From Podarcis vaucheri (lineage: Eukaryota): a stretch of 64,000 bases of DNA. A model generated the notes under the pieces. It was not told the DNA's origin. It ran no database searches and saw only the letters and a program-made list of their open reading frames with translations. Positions 35,725 to 46,798 of the stretch are shown here, one piece after another; the first letter of the stretch is position 1, and each line of letters starts with the position of its first letter. The stretch lies in NCBI GenBank assembly GCA_965113315.1, contig OZ220369.1. One strand, written 5' to 3'. The position numbers and the translations under genes are program-made.

Positions 35725-36178
35725 AGATTCATAAAGTTTGAAAGCACCCCAGGGGTAATCTAGTCCAACCCCCTGCAATGCAGGAATCATAGCTAAATAA
35801 TCCCTGAGAGGTGGCCATCCAACCTCTGTTTTAAAACCTCCATTGAAGGAGAGTCCACCACCTTTCAAGGTGGCTCATTCCATGGCCAAACAGCTCTTAC
35901 CTTCAGAAAGTTCTCCCTAATGTTTCATCAGAATCTCCTTTCTTATCATTTGAATTCATTGGTTTGGATCCTACTCTCTGGAGCAGTAGAAAACAAGCTT
36001 GCTCCATTATCTATGTGACATCCTTTCAGATATTTGAAGATAGCTATCACATCGCCTCTCGGGCTAAACATACCCAACTCTTTCAACTGTTCCTCATAAG
36101 GCTTGGCTTCCAGAACCTTTACCATATTGGTCACCCTGCTCTGCAGACATTCCAACTCACCAATATCCTTCTTAAACC
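35725..36178 (-). mobile_element. CR1 LINE 3' fragment
   Basis: Minus ORF ...KPYEEQLKELGMFS..RGDVIAIFKYLKGCH; tail tagtccaaccccctgcaatgcaggaatc. Confidence 0.9.
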
Positions 36179-37182
36179 GTCAGTATCCTTCTTAAATGAT
36201 TCCAATGTGTCTGCTTTAAATAGGACTAATGTTGGACATAACCCACAGTCTTCAAAGTACTTCCAAACCAATGTAGAATTGTGTGAGCCTGCAGGAAGCC
36301 ATCTTCATTGCATAAAGAGTTTCCAGCATGGGGACCGGAATCCTAGCCAATCAGAGTTAGCCCCTCATGCTTCCACAGGCTCCTTTTGCGATGAATGCCT
36401 GAAGAGACCTAACATGGGCAGGATTGCCGCTAGTAGTAGTAATGGCTATGACAAACTCTACATAACCCCACCCATTTTCATCCAACAATCTTCCTCAAGT
36501 TTCATAACATGGTGGCAACAGCTGGAGTATGACATAATCTTTATTAGGGCCAGGCAAAACCACAAAGTTATCAGCACCACGCTCTAACCAGCTGAGATAC
36601 CCTTTGGTATGTGTAAAATAGAAATCACTTCCCGTTCCCTTAGTGTTTTGTAGATAATCAATCTAAAAACTGGAGAGATGAGAGAGCTAACCCCTTGAAT
36701 AGGAAACCTTCCCCAAGTTCAGACTGATAGGTCCCAAGAGCTATTGTGCTAAGAGGTTTTACTTTCATTATTAAAAAACAAAAATGCTGAAAAGGCCACA
36801 GTTCGTTCTTGACATCTTTCTCCCTGGAAACATCATCCATGAAAAACAGAGGTCGCTTCCTGCTGGAAGGAGCTGACTGGGAAAGACTTGTGTGCTCACC
36901 AGACCCCTTCCCTTCTTGGAATGACCCACTGTGAAGATAATAATCCTTCTGAGGCCCAACTTTTGTGTTTGCTGGTGATTCACACTATCTGAGAAGTGCC
37001 CTCCAACAGATAGCAAAGCTGGCAGGTGCATTATTTGCAAGGCAGTCCTTCCCAGAATTCACCTTCAGACCATGGATAAGAGCTTGACACAGTCAAACAT
37101 CTGCCAGGCTTCTCTTATGCAACCCTCCTGGTTCCCCTTCAAAACAAACTTGCTCTTCTTACAATGTAAAAAAATCCTACAA

Positions 37183-37908
37183 AATGTCATGAAAATAATG
37201 TATAGATGGTATATTACACCAGTGAAGTTAGCAAAAATGTATAAAGTCAGTAATAAATGTTGGAAATGTAAGGGAAAAGAGGGAACATTTTATCACATGT
37301 GGTGGGAATGTAAAAAGGTGAAAGGCTTCTGGGAGATGATATATAATGAGTTGAAAAAAATGTTGAAATATACATTTATAAAGAAACCAGAAGCATTTCT
37401 CTTGGGTATTGTTGGAAACGATATAAATAGAAAGGAATGTAAGCTTTTTCTATATGCAGTAACAGCAGCAAGAATACTATTGGCCCAAAAATGGAAGCAA
37501 GAAGAATTACCAACGATGGAAGAATGGAGGATGAAATTAATAAACTATGCGGAACTTGACAAACTAACGGGAAGGATCCGAAACCGGCGGGACCAGAAGT
37601 TTACCGAGGACTGGAGTAAATTTACGGATTATTTGAAAAGTATTTGTGACGATCAGACGACGTCTGTAAGTTTGCAAGAAGCTCTGTGAGGAATAATATT
37701 AGAAATATTGCAAAAATGGAGAAGGAGACGTGATATGTTAAGAATGCAAAGGCAATATTAAGTTAGGAAATGCGTAAGAAATTATTAAGACGGAGGATTA
37801 TCAGAGGTGCTGATGGAAGTCCAATAAGAATGTATTTGTGATAAACTGTGTGATATGTTTTATAATTTTTTTATGTTGAAAACCAATAAAAATTTTTTTT
37901 AAAAAAAC
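37183..37908 (+). mobile_element. L1-clade LINE 3' fragment with open ORF2 C-terminus
   Basis: MYRWYITPVKL...CWKC....GTFYHMWWEC...FW...KPEAFLLG...AARILLAQKWK, stop at 37689; AATAAA and A tail; 33-34 bp flanking duplication. Confidence 0.92.
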
Positions 37909-38023
37909 CTTGCTCTTCTTACAATGTAAAAAATCCTACAAGGATTTTGAGACACAGCCACTTACTCTGCCTAGAAGCCAACTAATACTTCCCTGCTGTT
38001 AATCACACTGCACTGAAGAACAA

Positions 38024-38190
38024 CATAGGAACCTAGAAAATTGCCTTATAGAAAGTCAGATCCACTGGTCCTTCTTGCTCAGCTCTGTGTCTAGACTGAT
38101 CGGCAGTGGCTCTCCCAGATTTCAGACAGGGAGTCTCTCCCAACCCTACCTGGAGATCTGGGATCTTCTGCATGCAAAGTAGATGATTTG
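38024..38190 (-). mobile_element. Squam2-like SINE
   Basis: acatagga...tgccttata...gtggctctcc...ctacctggagat...cttctgcatgcaaag. Confidence 0.75.
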
Positions 38191-39285
38191 CCCCCTTTTC
38201 TTTAAAATAATAAAAAAAGTGCAAGCAGGAGTTTCCTAGCCTACAGAGCTAGCAGTTGTCATTAATTCATTTTCTTTTGTTAATTAATACAGCAGGGTTA
38301 TCAAAAGAAGTCAACCAAGACAGTTTACAGCAACGAAAATTGTTAGAAACAGAACCACTTAAAAAACAACCTCCTTGCAATTTAGGCATCTCTCGAGGGC
38401 AGAAGATTAGCAAATCCTCGCGAGGGAAGGCTATGCTGAACTGGCTGCTACTAATTTAATTTGCAACATTGTTTTGCAGCTTTCATCTTCTGTAAGGTGG
38501 GCCATTTGATATGTCCCTTTTGCAAAGTGGGGGGGGGGACATCCAAAGCCAGCTGCTTTCATCCACTGCAGAAGCAGCCTGGACACAAGCTGCTCAGACA
38601 ACCACATCCCCTCCTTTGGGTGGGAGTGAATGTACATAAGGCCAACTCCCAATCCGCTCCTGCCATTACAGGGCTGATTTTCTCCCTTCACCATCATCAC
38701 AACGGCTGTTGTGTCCTTAGGGAGGCAGAGGCTCCTGTTCCCTCCACGATGAATCACATCTGATAAAACCTGAACTTCTCATTTGTCAGGTATTAGGTGC
38801 CTCATTTCCTCTCCTAGCTTTGCCTCTCTCATCTCTTGCATGCCAGAATTTGCCAAGTCTAAAAAGAAACAGAGCGATGATGACAAATTAAAATAAACCC
38901 ATTTCTCCAATGTGCCCTGACATGTCAGGCATCCCCTTCCTTGGCACCGCAGAGGCTACGGAAGCCTGCACTGCAAGTGGAACTGCAAATCTCCTGCTTC
39001 CTTGAGAACCTTGGAGTACAGTATTAGGAAAAAAGAGAGGTTCTTCCACGATAGCTCTGGGCTGCTGTGCAGGCACAATTCTGTTAGCAGAAGGGACTGA
39101 TGCTTAGTGGCAGGACCCATTCTTTCCACCCACAAGGTCCTACAACCACCCCCAAGACTGGGAAATACTCCTGACTGAAACCCTGGGGATCTGCTGCTGC
39201 TGCTACCGCTCAGTGTAGACAACACTGACTAGCTAGATAAGTGGTCTGACAGCCTCCTATGTTTTCAGGAATTACCATTCATGTA

Positions 39286-39504
39286 CAGTGGTACCTCTAG
39301 TTACGAACTTAATTCATTCTGGAGGTCCGTTCTTAACCTGAAACTGTTCTTAACTAGAGGTGTGCTTTCGCTAATGGGGCCTCTTGCTACCACTGCGCCA
39401 CTGGCACAAAATTTCCATTTTCATCCTAGGGCAAAGTTCTCAACTTGAGGTAACTCTTCCAGGTTAGCGGAGTTTGTAACCTGAGGCATTTGTAACTCAA
39501 GGTA
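39286..39504. mobile_element. Tc1/mariner-type MITE, right TIR incomplete
   Basis: ta|cagtggtacctctagttacgaacttaattc...; interior matches 30196. Confidence 0.85.
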
Positions 39505-39562
39505 TATTAGGCCTGGCTGGATGGCATACTTCAGTATTACAAATAGGGTTGGGCCAGATTTC

Positions 39563-39709
39563 ATCTCTTGGCGCAGTGGGTCCATGCATATGGCTATTAA
39601 CCAGAAAGTTGGTGGTTTACGTCCACCTGGGGATGGCTGTGGGCAGGGTTCCTGCATTGCAGTGGGTTAGGCTACATGACCCTCAGGGTCCCTTCCAACT
39701 CTATGATTC
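39563..39709 (+). mobile_element. tRNA-Asn-headed SINE with CR1-type tail
   Basis: atctcttggcgcagtgggtc..gc..atggctattaaccagaaagttggtggttt.cgtccacctggggatg aligns by eye to vertebrate tRNA-Asn(GTT); then ttcctgcattgcag...gaccctcagggtcccttccaactctatgattc. Confidence 0.75.
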
Positions 39710-39884
39710 ACTTTTGGGATAAAAAATATTTCTGCCGGACACATATGCTGAAATCAAAAATTCATTGCTATTTTTCATCTGTCTGCAGGAGCCAAGGAAC
39801 ACTGACTTTATTCCTTATGAAAATATGGGAACTGTTTCCACACTGAAAAGCATGCTTGCATGAATTCCCTGAGGAATACAAGAG

Positions 39885-40065
39885 GCTGTCTTATACGGAA
39901 CAGGATTGTTGGTTCATCTAGCTCAGTTTTGCCTTCATTCATGGGCAGAGACTTCCTAGGATATCAAACAGGGGTCTTTGTGAACTTTTTCCTCCAGATC
40001 CCATGGATTGAACCCGAGGTCTTTGGTTTGCAAAGTAGGAGATTTGCCACTGAGCTTCAAGCCTT
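39885..40065 (-). mobile_element. Squam2-like SINE
   Basis: gctgtcttatac...catctagctcag...gattgaaccc...gcaaag...ccactgagct. Confidence 0.65.
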
Positions 40066-40528
40066 CTCCTGGTAGATTGCTTTAAATCAGAAGACACTGC
40101 TCGTGGGAGGACATCCGAAGAGCCAAACTCTTGTGGGAGCTCATAGCGTCGCAGAGCAATGTGACCAACAGATCCTGCTGAAAGAGGCTGGCTGTTCCTT
40201 GCCTGCCCCGTGGCCCACATTTCATGGAATGTGCAGAGAGACTGCAACAACAAAAAAGTCTTTTTATGTCTTCCCATTCACGGGGGCCTAGTTTATAATC
40301 CAATTCCTACGCACTCTGCCTGCACCCCACTGGTTTCAAACAGACCATTGAAAAATATTTCCATATATCTGAAAAGGTGCTCATCCTTCCAAAATGACAC
40401 ATCTCTCACACACTGTGCAAATTTAAATCTTGGAGACAATCGGAATTAATGCGGGAAGCAGTGGAATTGCTTTTCTTAAACCTCATACTCAGTAGGGAAG
40501 CAGATTGTGGGAGAAGTTAGGCTGTGTG

Positions 40529-40531
<3 letters not shown>

Positions 40532-40575
<44 letters not shown>
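40532..40575. repeat. (TA)n microsatellite
   Basis: Seen directly. Confidence 0.95.
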
Positions 40576-40578
<3 letters not shown>

Positions 40579-40955
40579 CTCTAAAATGTATATGATCTTA
40601 TTATCTCTTTCAAATCCCTTCCAAACCCAATTTACAACAGAGAGAGAGAGAGAGAGACGATGAGGGTAAGCTTTGCAAGATCACAAAAAACTTAATTGGA
40701 AGAGAACATTTAAAAGAAACTGCTAGAAACGACAGATAATATAATCATCTAGCTTTGACTGCATAACTCTGATCTAAGGCTTGCTTCCTTTCAGAAGCAA
40801 AAAAACTGAGATTTCTCAAGGAAAATTTGGCCTCTTTCCTTTGGAGGAAAAGAAACCTGAAGCTGATGTCCCTGAAGCGCAAGGAACGAACACTAGAATG
40901 GGATAGGGTAGGGAACGTGCTTTGATTTATCTATTATTGTATTTATATTGTTCCA

Positions 40956-41007
<52 letters not shown>

Positions 41008-41161
41008 AATTTGAATACTACCCTTCATCCAATGATCACAGGGCAGTTCACAACACAAAAATACAAAATGAGAACACAAAATGCATACTACATAATAAAG
41101 CAAAAACCAAAACAAATCAATAATCCCCACTCTCAAAAACATGTTTTAAAAGCCATGGAAT

Positions 41162-41480
41162 CAGGTAGGTAGCCGTGTTGGTCTGAAGCAGTCGAAATAT
41201 ATATTTTAAAAATTAAAAAATGCCCAGTAGCACCTTAAAGACCAACTAAGTTTGTTCTTGGTATGAGCTTTCGTGTGTGTACACACTTCTTCAGATACAC
41301 TGAAACAGAAGTCGCCAGACCCTTATATATATGGTGGGAAGGTGGGGTGGGGTTTTTCTCAGGAGGGTAGTAGGAGATGGGCGATTGACTCAATGGGTAT
41401 GGTAAACCTGTTGACGGCTGTTAACGACTGCAATTAGTCCTACAGGAAAAAGCAAAGGATAGCATGCAGATGATTAACGT
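41162..41480 (-). mobile_element. Penelope-like element pLTR fragment
   Basis: gtagccgtgttggtctg...gtagcaccttaaagaccaac...gagctttcgtg...cacttcttcagata, as recalled for reptile Penelope termini; flanks agccatggaat (41151-41161) and agccatagaat (41481-41491). Confidence 0.85.
41261..41298 (-). ncRNA. Minimal type I hammerhead ribozyme, core intact
   Basis: Minus strand GUAU CUGAAGA a GUGUG uaca CACAC GAAA G CUC AUAC: stem I GUAU/AUAC, stem II GUGUG/CACAC, palindromic AGCU in place of stem III. Confidence 0.85.
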
Positions 41481-41549
41481 AGCCATAGAATGTTAGTCAG
41501 CCCGATGCCTGGTTGAAGAGAAATGTTTTCACCCAGCACCTAAGGATAT

Positions 41550-41720
41550 GTCCTATCTTTCCTCCAAGGAGCTCAAGCTGGTGTACACAATTCCCCCTCT
41601 TCCCACATTATCCTCATAAGAACTGGTGAGGTAGGTTGGGCAGAGAGACCAAGGGTGATAAGTGAGCTTTCATGGCCGAATGAGGATTTGAACCCCGGGT
41701 CCCAGCCCAACACTCAATCC
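41550..41720 (-). mobile_element. Squam3-like SINE
   Basis: ctttcctccaaggagctcaag...ttatcctca...gtgaggtaggttgggcagagag...catggccgaatgaggatttgaaccc...cactacac. Confidence 0.8.
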
Positions 41721-42066
41721 ACTACACGACACAGGCTATCTTAAGCCTGCTCCAGCCTTCCCAACCACTTGCCCTCCAGGTGTTGCTGGACTAGCAATTC
41801 CCATCTTTCTGACCACCACCCATCATGGATGGGCCTGCTGGCAAGTCAATCAGGTTGAGGAGTTGTGGTCTACTCTCAACAGCAGCAGGAATTCTCCATA
41901 GCCCAGATGTCTAATTACCTACTTTCCAACAGTTTTCAAACTTTCAAATCAAATACTGTAACTGGGCTTGAATCCACGCATTATATACCAGAAGTAATCT
42001 GCACCAGCAGCTTAATCCTACGGTTGGGCTAGCAAAGAATGCCAGGTTTAATCCCCAACATCTCTA

Positions 42067-42298
42067 CAGTCATACCTTGGTTCTCAAATGCCTTGGTACT
42101 CATACGTTTTGGCTCCCAAACGCCGCAAACCCAGAAGCAAGTGTTCTGGTTTGCGAACATTTTTCGGAAGCCGAACGTCTGACACAGCTTCTGCTTGAGT
42201 GCAGGAAGCTCCTGTAGCCAATCAGAAGCAGCGCCTTGGTTTTCGGGAGTCGAACAGACTCCTGGAATGGATTAAGTTTGAGAACCAAGGTACCACTG
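42067..42298. mobile_element. Tc1/mariner-type MITE (second subfamily) inside a Squam2-like SINE
   Basis: ta|cagtcataccttgg ... ccaaggtaccactg|ta. Confidence 0.88.
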
Positions 42299-43217
42299 TA
42301 GTTACAAGGGTCAGGTACCAGGTGATGGTACTTGGAGAGTCTCTGCCATTCAAAGTAAACAAGACTACCCTAGACAGGCAAACAGACTAAGACCCTGGTA
42401 TGAGGCAGCTTCCTACAAACATACTGTACAGTTCGTCACAGTATTCTGCAACAAATCATCTATGAAAAATGCTACTAAATATACAGTATTCCCCAGGGAA
42501 CTATTTCTTAGCATTTTAAGTAATCTGCCAATCAATTTAGATCTGAGCATAAATTTAAAAGACAGAGAGGATCATTATTACAAAGGCTCTGCTAATGGGG
42601 AAAATTGGGTGAAATTCTTCTGAAAGGGAAGGCTCTGTTTAGTCCTCAGCAAACAGATTTAGCAAAAGTGGGTTACACTGCTGTTGATGGCAGCCACAAT
42701 GCACAGAGAGCAGAAACAAAAACCCTGCTAAAATTATGGCTGCAACAATGATAGGGTAAGATAATTAGGGCAAAATAGCTTGCAGAAGGGAACATGAGCA
42801 GCAGTTGTATTAGCAAGGGGGCATTTCTACAACACACACATAAAACGGATTGAAGAGTCATCACTTGTCTCCCTGGGAACTATAGTTTCATAAAGGAAGC
42901 TTAGGCTCTCACCAGACTGTTAGTCCCAGGAAACGTGTCCCGTGCTGGGGGGGAGCTTCTGTCAGTTCAACTGGTATAAAACTGGTACAAAATGTGCAGA
43001 GCTGCCCTCTTTGTGTCTTAAGAAGCCTACAAACCTTGCACCCTCTAAAAACAGCAGTTTCTGGACCCTGACCAAGACTTTTCATTCTACTTTAGAAGTT
43101 CTGGCTTATGCCTGATTCCCTCCTGCAAAAATACTCTGGAGGTGCCCTGTGAGCCTTCTGAGTTCTGCATTCCTAGCAATGTGATGGTGTCTGTGTGTGC
43201 CTTTATGCGCATGCTCA

Positions 43218-43348
43218 CATACCCTCCAACATTTCTCCGACGAAAACAGGGATGGCCTAAGGAAAAGCAGGATCAAATCAGAAACTGGAATGGCTTCAGT
43301 AAATCCGGGACTGTCCCTGGAAAATAGGGGCACTTGGAGGGCTTATGC
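43218..43348. mobile_element. Small MITE
   Basis: Inverted ends cataccctccaa / ttggagggcttatg. Confidence 0.6.
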
Positions 43349-45183
43349 TCAGAGGTTCTCATATCCCACAAATAAAGTACAGCACTAGCATAGGTGGCTG
43401 AGGCAAGCCTAGAAGCAGACCAGAGTTGAAATAGAGGGGAAATGTCCTTTCTTTTTCACCGAGTTAACTTGCATGAAATGATAACCCCAGAATTGAACCA
43501 GCATGAGTTGCAATATTACATCTGACAACCCAGCGCCGTTCTCTGCAACAAAATCATGCCTTGCCACCCTCCCTCTCCCCTTCCAAGCATGGCAAACTTT
43601 CATAAACGGCTCCGCAACGCACATTCAATTTCTTCCCATTCCACAGAACGCCAAGATTAAGCCCAAGGCCAGAAACCTGATGCTGTGCTCCCAGCACCAA
43701 AGGCTGCGCTTACTTGCTCCCCCCCCTCCTTTCTTTTTTAAAGGCAATGCTTAGCTGCATCCTTTAGTAATCTGTTTCCATGGTGACCGTTAGCTTCAAA
43801 GGGAAGTATTGTCATTGTTTAAAGAAATGGAGAAGGGCAGTCTAAAGCAAGGAAAGGGGCAGTATGTTAATAGGGCTCGCTTACCCACTTGCTCTCAGAC
43901 ACACACACACAAAACTGGTCTATTGGTTTTCCTGCTTGGGAGCAAGGCAGAGCTCATCACAAACTCTAAATTCCCATTTCCTCCTCCTCTTCTTTTTGCA
44001 AAAAAAATATAAACGGCTTTTCAGCAGAACTTCAATATCTCTTGGGTTAGGTGTTCAGGAGTCAATGGCCTATGAATTTGTTCATATAGAGAGAGTGGCC
44101 ATTTGCCATGAATCACTGCCAATTAGAGAAACATCTTTGGCATGTACCTCATCAGGGTTGCCTGAACTAACCAAAGTACAGCCTTGGTCCTCAAGTTGCA
44201 GCTCCATATTTTTCATTACTTAGAAATGTATATCCCCCATTCCTCTTCATGAAAAAAGCAAACTCAAAGGCAGCTTACAAGATAAAAATTCATATTATTG
44301 TTATTTATTCATGAATCTTTTCCCACGAAGCATCCGGAATTGATTTGCAGTGTAGTAAAAACATACACAGAACAATTGTGTATGTAACAAAAAAAAGCTT
44401 AAACATTTGCATTAATAAAAACAGAATGTGTATATGTCTCTCTGTGTGCGTACAATTTAACCCAATTGTGTGTGTCTGTGTGTAATAAATTCACACCCAA
44501 TGCAGATATCAAGTGGCCTAAACATCTCCACTTATAGGGTTTGCTGAAAGAGGAATATATTCTGCCCCACCTGGGCTCCAGCTCCATAGACCATTAGCTC
44601 TGACCCCCAACTGACTTTTCTGTGGATCTTTATGAGAATAAAGGTTCCCTATTCCAAACTAAGCAGACGTGGTGAAAGTACTATGAAAATCCAATTCATA
44701 CTCCTGGCCACAGGAATCCACAGCTGCCTGCTACACTTTGCAAGGAAGGAAGCTAACGGATAAATCTCTCAACAAGAACAAGTTTCATTATTTGCTAACT
44801 GACTTACTTTTTCAAGGCCAGGCGGATCTGAACAGGGGGAAAAGCAAAATCCCATGCCACCACCTGAAGGCTTTCAGCAACTAAAAATCTTGTTTGAAAG
44901 AAAGAAAATATCCTGAAGTTTATTTATTGTTGATGTTTTCCCAGGATTCCACCTCCCCACCGCAGCAAGATAAATTTGCCAGCCTCCAAAAATGAAGCCA
45001 AAACAAAACACACCACCGCTTCTCTGTTACCCAAAGTGTTGGTGCTAGAAGCATCCCTTTTAGCATGGAACATATTCACACACAGCCAAAATGAGAAAAC
45101 CTGGGGATAAAACTAACTGATCAAGTTGGACATGTCACACTACAGTTGACTTAACTGCTCAAACTACTCCATCAACACCTCCA

Positions 45184-45217
<34 letters not shown>

Positions 45218-45219
45218 TA

Positions 45220-45473
45220 CAGTCACACGTACCTTGGTTTTGGAACAGCTTAGTTCCCAAATGTTTTGGCTCCCAAATGTCACAAAACCAGAACTGACTG
45301 TTCTGGTTTGCGAACTATTTTTGGAAGCCAAATGTCCGACGGGGCTTCTGCAGCTTCTGATTGGCTGCAGGAGCTTCCTGCAGCCAATCAGAAGCAACGC
45401 TTTGGTTTCTGAATGTTTTGGAAGTCGAATGGACTTCCAGAATAGATTCCATTTGATTTCCGAGGTACGACTG
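45220..45473. mobile_element. Tc1/mariner-type MITE (same subfamily as 42067)
   Basis: cagtc...gtaccttgg ... gaggtacgactg; internal palindrome gcttctgattggctgcagga..tcctgcagccaatcagaagc. Confidence 0.85.
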
Positions 45474-46271
45474 TGTATATATATATATAGAGAGAGAGAG
45501 AACATTTGCACAGAATATGAACTCAGAACCAAGCTATATGTTCAGAAATGCAATTTCAAATAGCATTACATTGGAGTGCTGGAAGGCTGCATGGTTGAAC
45601 ATGGATGAAAATCTGCCCACAGAAAGGTAGCATGCCAGGAAGCTGGGTTATGGATCAGAGGTGCTGAGATTGCTAGATTTGCTGGTGAAAAAACATACAA
45701 CTTTAAGTGTACAATATCCCTTTTCCAAAAAAAAGTACTTATGCAGCATGTTCCGCATTTTTTAGAACCATGGTGTCCAGATCAACATATTCACCATTTC
45801 ATCTTAACATAGTTAAGAGGGAGAGAAACAGCATTTTAAATCAGATCCTCTACATTTCTCAGACTTGCAGGCTTTGACAAGGCTAATGAACGCTGCTGTT
45901 TCCGGCTAAATTTCTCTATCCAAAGGATATCAGGTAGAGGACTCCATGGGGATAGGAACCCAACAAACCAAGGAGTAGTCTTGGTACAGATCTACAGGAC
46001 AGAAGAACACATCCAGCTTCTAATCTGAAAAGGCAATTAGATCCAGCCATAGAGTCTGAACATCAGAAATGAACTGGGCACAAATCTTGTCATGAAACTA
46101 AGAATAAGATTACAATCCTGTACCCTCTTATGTGGGAGGAAGCTCACCTGAACACCATGTGGTTTACTTCAGAGCAGATATAGTTAGGACTGCACTAAAT
46201 GGTTATTAAATTCTAAGGCAAGTGGCTTGAAATTCACATTTTTGTGTCAGCCTATTGCAAACATCTGGAGG

Positions 46272-46275
<4 letters not shown>

Positions 46276-46310
<35 letters not shown>
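46276..46310. repeat. (TG)n microsatellite
   Basis: Seen directly. Confidence 0.95.
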
Positions 46311-46311
<1 letters not shown>

Positions 46312-46694
46312 TAAATACAGAGTCAAGCAAAAACAGATTTCTTGGGTAGCAATAGGAGCATAGTACAGCACTGTGGACATAAATATTGTATCCGCTCTAA
46401 TAAAAGATGCCTCAGTCAGTCGCTATGAAAGGTGGAGTTGGGCAGAATGTAGCTCAGGAGGAAAGGGTGGGTGCATGAATACCTTATAGTGTTGGTAGCA
46501 AGCTTGAAGTCCACTCACATATAGGCCAAAACAGTTTATATAGTCAACCCCCTGAAGAGATATGCTCCCATTCTTATGCACTCTGTAAGAAAAAGTCTCT
46601 AAACTACTACCTACTAGTCTGGAAACACAAGACAAATCATACTCCATGCATTAATCAGACAAGCAAAAGAACAAAAAAACAGACAAACACCTGT

Positions 46695-46798
46695 GGGTTG
46701 TATCCAACTCAGTCCTACACAGAGTGAATGTAATGAGTCTCATTTAGCCACAGCCATTAATGGGTTTGCCAAGAGCTGGATGAGCACTGGATACAACT
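46695..46798. repeat. Short old MITE-like element with gttgtatcca / tggatacaac ends
   Basis: Inverted termini; diverged relatives at about 11960-12080 and 27440-27515. Confidence 0.5.

Larger units (their letters stand above)
40958..41545 (-). mobile_element. L2-like LINE 3' end with (ATT)n tail, split by a Penelope-like insertion
   Basis: (att)n...cccttcatcc...cagggcagttcacaac...[insert]...gcctggttgaagagaaatgttttc. Confidence 0.55.

Noticed and set aside
37072-37689. Domesticated L1-derived gene
   Set aside because: The open frame is explained by recent insertion; the upstream ATG lies in unrelated flank and no expression evidence is visible.
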